Of a stretch of 64,000 nucleotides of DNA, positions 63,501 to 64,000 are shown in pieces. A program made the position numbers and the translations under genes. The notes beneath the pieces were generated by a model. It did no database searches, was not told where the DNA came from, and worked only from the letters and a program-made list of their open reading frames with translations. The stretch is from assembly GCA_050115495.1 (NCBI GenBank), contig JASFQK010000005.1, forward strand, positions 64,001 through 128,000. Reading direction: 5' to 3'. This DNA is from Phycisphaerae bacterium (GTDB lineage: Bacteria; Planctomycetota; Phycisphaerae; UBA1845; Fen-1342). Positions within the stretch are counted from its first letter, which is position 1; the number at the start of each line of letters is the position of its first letter.

Positions 63501-64000
63501 GTGGACTTCCGATTCAACGACGATCAGCGGGAGATGCGTGACGCGGTCCGCAGCTTCTGCGAAGGCGCCGTCGCCCCCCATGCGGAGAAGCGCGACCAGG
63601 ATGGCTGCTTCGAGGACGGCTTCATCGAGGAGGTCGCCGAGCTCGGCCTCTTCGGCACGTACATCCCCGAGCAGTACGGCGGCACCGGCCTCGAATACAC
63701 CACCTACCTGATGACCGTCGAGGAGCTGTCGCGGGCCTGCGGCGCGACCGGCATCCTCGTCTCCGCCCACCATTCACTCTGCGTCGACCCGATCCTGGGC
63801 TTCGGCTCCGAGGAGCAGAAGCAGAAATACCTGCCGAAGCTCGCCAGCGGTGAGTGGATCGGCTGCTTCTCGCTCACCGAGCCCGGCAGCGGCAGCGACG
63901 CCGGCGCCGCCAAGTGCATGGCGGTCGAGACCGGCGACGGCTGGGTCATCAACGGCACCAAGAGCTTCGTGACCAACGGCCTGCACGCCCACGTCATCGT
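63501..64000 (+). CDS. Acyl-CoA dehydrogenase (second copy, truncated by the window edge; absent from the ORF track)
   Basis: GTG start: MDFRFNDDQREMRDAVRSF...IPEQYGG...SLTEPGSGSDA...INGTKSFVTNG. Confidence 0.9.
   Translation, partial: MDFRFNDDQREMRDAVRSFCEGAVAPHAEKRDQDGCFEDGFIEEVAELGLFGTYIPEQYGGTGLEYTTYLMTVEELSRACGATGILVSAHHSLCVDPILGFGSEEQKQKYLPKLASGEWIGCFSLTEPGSGSDAGAAKCMAVETGDGWVINGTKSFVTNGLHAHVI

Noticed and set aside
1..64000. CRISPR array, rRNA, IS transposase
   Set aside because: No regularly spaced repeat-spacer array, rRNA-like tract or transposase motif was seen

Overview
GC-rich bacterial chromosome segment. The gene content (Cys-containing C-terminal dockerins, PEP-CTERM, DUF4159, Ser/Thr kinase, lpxB) suggests a Planctomycetota (probably Phycisphaerae) host; this is inference. 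1-7046 is the right end of an integrative conjugative element (two trbJ-like genes, trbL-F-G-I, DUF2274, excisionase, tyrosine integrase) inserted at the 3' end of an intact tmRNA gene (7047-7398, minus; tag ANDGYRLAA). 7745-17046 is a repeated module: secreted dockerin- or PEP-CTERM-tagged proteins alternate with two paralogous, uncharacterised 430-460 aa HTH-like proteins. The modules share a 16-bp promoter-region motif and an identical 33-bp hairpin, and each has its own 11-bp-phased direct repeats. This is the best candidate for an undescribed system. Further on are a polysaccharide locus pairing an N5-(carboxyethyl)ornithine-synthase-like enzyme with a Cys1-less asparagine-synthetase-like ligase, a MacAB/YIP1 exporter, a sigma-54-controlled NifX/MinD-ferredoxin/DUF5320/DUF89 operon, a non-pyrrolysine MttB plus split methionine synthase operon, an acyltransferase-ACP-ligase fusion, a candidate structured ncRNA (~53047-53210), an orphan short flagellin, an orphan GlmL, lpxB, a PTS IIA and two acyl-CoA dehydrogenases. 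All calls are from visual motif recognition; no searches were run.
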